From Octopus bimaculoides (taxonomy: Eukaryota): a stretch of DNA of 36,352 nucleotides. The DNA lies in assembly GCF_001194135.2 (NCBI RefSeq), contig NC_068990.1, positions 52,796,342 through 52,832,693 of the forward strand, in the 5' to 3' direction. Under the pieces are notes generated by a model that was given only the letters and a program-made list of their open reading frames with translations, did not search any database and had not been told where the DNA came from. Shown piece by piece: positions 32,245 through 36,352 of this stretch. Numbering within the stretch: position 1 is the first letter of the stretch; each line of letters begins with the position of its first letter. The translations under genes and the position numbers were made by a program.

Positions 32245-33334
32245 CATTATTCAGTTTATTTCAAGATTTCTTGCCAATAGAGAAAGAACCAGTTTCTAAC
32301 CTAGATCCAAGGCTCCTTCATTGGAATTTCAACATCAACAACAGGGTATTTTTGTTTGTATGTATGTATGTATGCACATACAGATTTGTATGTTTTATGT
32401 ATGCATTCTCATGCATGTAGTTAAATGATAAACTTCTGGAAAGTTTTATAGATTTTTACAATTCCAGTGATGGATTGGATCTGTAGTCTTCGAATTAGCT
32501 TTCTTCTTTCTGGTTTTGAGAAGCCTAATTTCTCAAGATTGGTATTTAGGCAGTGTGTTACATATCCCAGGGCCTCAATAATTACAGGTATAAACCTGAA
32601 CTTGTAATCTGGATAGAGTAACTGCAGGTTTCTCAATAGTCCAGCATAGTTGTTCTCTTTCTCACTGATCTTTAGCTTTATGTTAACATCTGCTGGGCAG
32701 CTAACTTCCACAACTGTGCACAGTTTCTCTTCTCTATCCCAAATCATTATATCAGGTCTGTTGTGCTTACATTTTATTGAGGTCTTCACTGGGACATTTC
32801 ACCAGTATTCCTATTTATTATGAGTGGCTATGGCTTCTACCATATTGTGTGTTCTTATTTCTTTGTCCTTGGGATTATCCTTTCAATGGATTTCATTATA
32901 TAGTGTCCTAGCTACAAGATCATGTCTCATCAGTAGATAATACCGTGATGACATTTTCAGACAACTGCTTATGATGTACTTGATATCTTCAGTGTGACTC
33001 CATGAAGTCTGCATCAGTTGTCATATTTTACTGCTTTTCCTGCATCTCTATCTCTTTTGTGCATCAGCTACTTGGTTGATATTTCCTGCTCCTGGATTGC
33101 ATATGCATACCCTTCAAAGTGGGAGGTAGTAATCCGGCTATTGGACCATGTTAAACTACTTTAATGATTGATGTTATTGTCATCATGGAACTTTTTACTA
33201 ACATATCCATGCATAGTCTTTTGCTCATATAGGCTAATCCTTTCATCTGATGATACATTGCGGTAGAGTCGTGCTACTTCTTTTGGGCATGTATTCTAGG
33301 TTATCAGACAAAGAGTGTTGCTCAAGGAGCTGTC
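32245..33334 (-). mobile_element. R4/Dong-clade LINE, C-terminal zinc-knuckle + RLE endonuclease and 3' UTR (second lineage)
   Basis: QKTMHGY, FEGYAYAIQEQEI, CRLHG..IISSC (CCHC remnant), MRHD and NRPDIMIWD..VVEVSCPAD..K (PD-(D/E)xK), then IPVII.ALG; stop at 32421. Flanked by (TATG)n on both sides. Confidence 0.9.
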
Positions 33335-33406
33335 GTATGTATGTATGTATGTATGTATGTATGTATGTATGTATGTATGTATGTATGTATGTATGTATGT
33401 ATGTAT
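33335..33406. repeat. (TATG)n microsatellite
   Basis: About 18 perfect units. Confidence 0.95.
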
Positions 33407-33986
33407 TAGAATAACATTTCCATTATCAAGAAAAGGATTATATTGGAAAATTACAAAATTAATGAAGTCATCCAACCAGTTGCTATAAACAGTGCTATCA
33501 GTAAGACTAGTTGAGACTTCATCACTATATGATATTCACCTTTATAATTGTTCATTTAACGTTGCACAGATTAACTTCAAGAAATATGTGTTTGATTTTC
33601 CTTTCTTTTATTTAAACTTAAACACAATGTACAATTATTCTTCTAGATAAAGTTTGGGAATTAGCTCCATAAATATATTTATTTATCACTGAAACCATTT
33701 TGAAATCATTTTTGACACATCAGCCAGTGTTATTGACCAATGCTAGCAACTAATAAGTATTATGCCTCTATATGCAGTCTGTCTACTTGACATAACAAAC
33801 AAATCTCCCTCAAGCCACACCCTACCTACTGTCATGATTTATCTTGGATAGAATTACCCTATATATCAGGCAGAGTAAAAAGTAAGCAATGTTTTGAAAC
33901 ATGAAATTCATCACAATATATTTTTCATTAATGCGGAAATTTTATTCATCAAAGTAAGTACCATTACAATCAACACATTTTTGCCA

Positions 33987-34012
33987 ACACACACACACGC
34001 GCGCGCGCGCGC

Positions 34013-34069
<57 letters not shown>
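33987..34069. repeat. (CA)n with (CG)n insert, running into the gap
   Basis: Direct observation. Confidence 0.95.
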
Positions 34070-34811
34070 NNNNNNNNNNNNNNNNNNNNNNNNNNNNNNN
34101 NNNNNNNNNNNNNNNNNNNNNNNNNNNNNNNNNNNNNNNNNNNNNNNNNNNNNNNNNNNNNNNNNNNNNNNNNNNNNNNNNNNNNNNNNNNNNNNNNNNN
34201 NNNNNNNNNNNNNNNNNNNNNNNNNNNNNNNNNNNNNNNNNNNNNNNNNNNNNNNNNNNNNNNNNNNNNNNNNNNNNNNNNNNNNNNNNNNNNNNNNNNN
34301 NNNNNNNNNNNNNNNNNNNNNNNNNNNNNNNNNNNNNNNNNNNNNNNNNNNNNNNNNNNNNNNNNNNNNNNNNNNNNNNNNNNNNNNNNNNNNNNNNNNN
34401 NNNNNNNNNNNNNNNNNNNNNNNNNNNNNNNNNNNNNNNNNNNNNNNNNNNNNNNNNNNNNNNNNNNNNNNNNNNNNNNNNNNNNNNNNNNNNNNNNNNN
34501 NNNNNNNNNNNNNNNNNNNNNNNNNNNNNNNNNNNNNNNNNNNNNNNNNNNNNNNNNNNNNNNNNNNNNNNNNNNNNNNNNNNNNNNNNNNNNNNNNNNN
34601 NNNNNNNNNNNNNNNNNNNNNNNNNNNNNNNNNNNNNNNNNNNNNNNNNNNNNNNNNNNNNNNNNNNNNNNNNNNNNNNNNNNNNNNNNNNNNNNNNNNN
34701 NNNNNNNNNNNNNNNNNNNNNNNNNNNNNNNNNNNNNNNNNNNNNNNNNNNNNNNNNNNNNNNNNNNNNNNNNNNNNNNNNNNNNNNNNNNNNNNNNNNN
34801 NNNNNNNNNNN
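34070..34811. other. Assembly gap (N run)
   Basis: Run of Ns between (CA)n and (TA)n. Confidence 1.
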
Positions 34812-34829
34812 TATATATATATATATTGA

Positions 34830-35364
34830 TATAACCAGCCCACTTATGCATACCTTTCCTTCACTGGACACTAAAATCTGCTTGTGAAGACCCGTTTAGG
34901 CAAGTGAAACCAAAATCAAATTCGATGACAGCACTGCATGACTGGCATCCGTGCCAGTGGAGCGCTAAGAGTACCATCCAAGTGTGATCGTTGCCAAGGC
35001 CTCTTACTGGCTCCTGTGCTAGTAGCACGTAAAAAGCACCATTCGAGTGTGTTCGCTACCAGTGTCTCCCTACTGGCACTTGTGCCGGTGGCACGTGAAA
35101 AACAACATTCGAGTGAGGCTGCTGCCAGTACCGCAGGACCGGCTCCTGTGCAGTTGGCACGCAAAAAACACCATTTTGAGCATGGCCGTTGCCAGCACCA
35201 CCCGACTGGCCCTCGTACCAGTGGCACACAAAAGCACCCACTACACTCTCTGAGTGGTTGGCGTTAGGAAGGGCACCCAGCTGTAGAAACTCTGCCAGAT
35301 CAGATTGGAGCCTGGTGCAGCCATCTGGTTCACCAGTCCTCAGTCAAATCGTCCAACCCATGCT
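34830..35364 (+). mobile_element. Probable RTE-LINE 3' UTR containing a 65-67-bp minisatellite (about 4.5 units)
   Basis: Units start at 34941, 35006, 35072, 35138 and 35205 (actggc..gtgcc.gtggcacg.aaaaagcaccatt.gag). Followed by tggttggcgttaggaagggcacccagctgtagaaa..ccaacccatgc, a tail shared with 10880-10985. The RTE attribution is from recall of this tail type. Confidence 0.65.
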
Positions 35365-35366
35365 GG

Positions 35367-35462
35367 ATTGGTATTTAGACAGTGTGTTACATATCCCAAG
35401 GCTCCAATAATTACAGGTGTAAACTTGAAGTTGTATTCTGGATAGAGCATCTGTAGATTCCT
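35367..35462 (-). mobile_element. Short fragment of the R4/Dong lineage seen at 32245-33334
   Basis: Aligns to about 32537-32634; translates RNLQMLYPEYNFKFTPVIIGALGYVTHCLNTN. Confidence 0.85.
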
Positions 35463-35471
35463 CGAACAAAC

Positions 35472-35524
35472 ACATATACACATACATACATCATCATGAT
35501 GATGATGTATGTATGTGTATATGT
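35472..35524. repeat. Perfect inverted repeat, 25-bp arms with a 3-nt spacer
   Basis: acatatacacatacatacatcatca-TGA-tgatgatgtatgtatgtgtatatgt. Confidence 0.95.
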
Positions 35525-35541
35525 ATTTCTGTATATATATA

Positions 35542-35570
<29 letters not shown>

Positions 35571-35572
<2 letters not shown>

Positions 35573-36352
35573 TAAAAAATACAGAGATGCCTATAATAGG
35601 ACATCTAACCCGCTAGAAAGAGCAGCAAAAAACTCTATACCACAAAAATAGGGATAATTTCGAAAGAGAATGAAAAATAAAAACTTTTACCAGTCTATAC
35701 TCTGTACCATGGTTTCAGGTTATTTAGCAAGATAAAAATATATCTTGTTGGGCATGATGTTAGATGTCCTATTATAGGCATCTCTGTATTTTTAATGGAT
35801 AATATATATATAGTCTATTGACTAATTTTTATTCTCGCTGGACCACTGGTGGTAAATTAAATTTCTAAAATTTTTTTGCTGCCCTATGATTTATTAATGA
35901 TAATATATTTTTTTGGCTAATTTCTGAATGAAAATCGGCATTTAGTTTATATTTACTGCCGATAAGTTAAAGCGCACATGCGCGGTATAGTTTGAAAAAT
36001 TAAGCGTGTAAACGCGGGTCGTGTTTCCCTATGACTCGTGTTTACTTGCTCGTTTGTGGTACTCTGCTGAAGAAAGTTTCCCAACAAGATATATTTTTAT
36101 CTTGCTAAATAACTTGAAACCATGGTACAGTGTATAGACTGGTAAAAGTTTTTATTTTTCATTCTCTTTCAAAATTATCCCTATTTTTGTGGTATAGAGT
36201 TTTTTGCTGCTCTTTCTAGCGGGTTAGATGTCCTATTATAAGCATCTCTGTATTTTTAATGAATAATATATATATAGTCTATTGACTAATTTTTATTCTC
36301 GCTGGACCACTGGTGGTAAATTAAATTTCTAAAATTTTTTTGCTGCCCTATG
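35571..36352. repeat. 464-bp-period tandem repeat preceded by an inverted 182-bp partial copy
   Basis: 35759-35888 is repeated at 36223-36352 (2 differences). 35571-35752 is the reverse complement of 36080-36260 (5 differences counted). Confidence 0.9.

Noticed and set aside
34941-35240. CRISPR-like periodicity (also the 28-bp repeat at 7060/7198)
   Set aside because: Units are homologous along their whole length with no unique spacers, there are no cas genes, and the context is animal.
34916-35410. Overlapping 60-110-aa ORFs with repeated peptides
   Set aside because: A by-product of a GC-rich ~66-bp minisatellite; no recognisable domain.

Overview
AT-rich, repeat-dominated animal genomic DNA from a gapped draft scaffold (N-gaps at 583-1040, 14513-15210, 16503-16602, 16783-16792, 17309-17354 and 34070-34811). 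The SINE and LINE families resemble those I recall from Octopus, but that taxonomic call is from memory, not a search. No intact protein-coding gene can be supported; a few isolated exon-like segments are weak candidates. The window is a mosaic of decayed mobile elements: CR1/L2-type and RTE-type LINEs, two R4/Dong-clade LINE lineages sitting in different microsatellites, a Penelope-like element (RT plus GIY-YIG), two mariner transposons, many tRNA-derived SINEs and microsatellites. The most notable signal is not visible in the ORF track: four minimal type I hammerhead-ribozyme motifs. Three lie in two related, non-coding, partial-tandem elements with ~355-bp units (1875-2347 minus; 30907-31503 plus). 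Their ribozyme stems, palindromic loop III and a second hairpin differ in sequence but keep base-pairing, which is the layout of non-LTR retrozymes or Penelope-derived non-autonomous elements that can yield small circular RNAs. The fourth is at the 3' end of the Penelope-like element, a plausible mobilising partner class. All alignments, translations and folds were done by eye; no database search or folding program was run.
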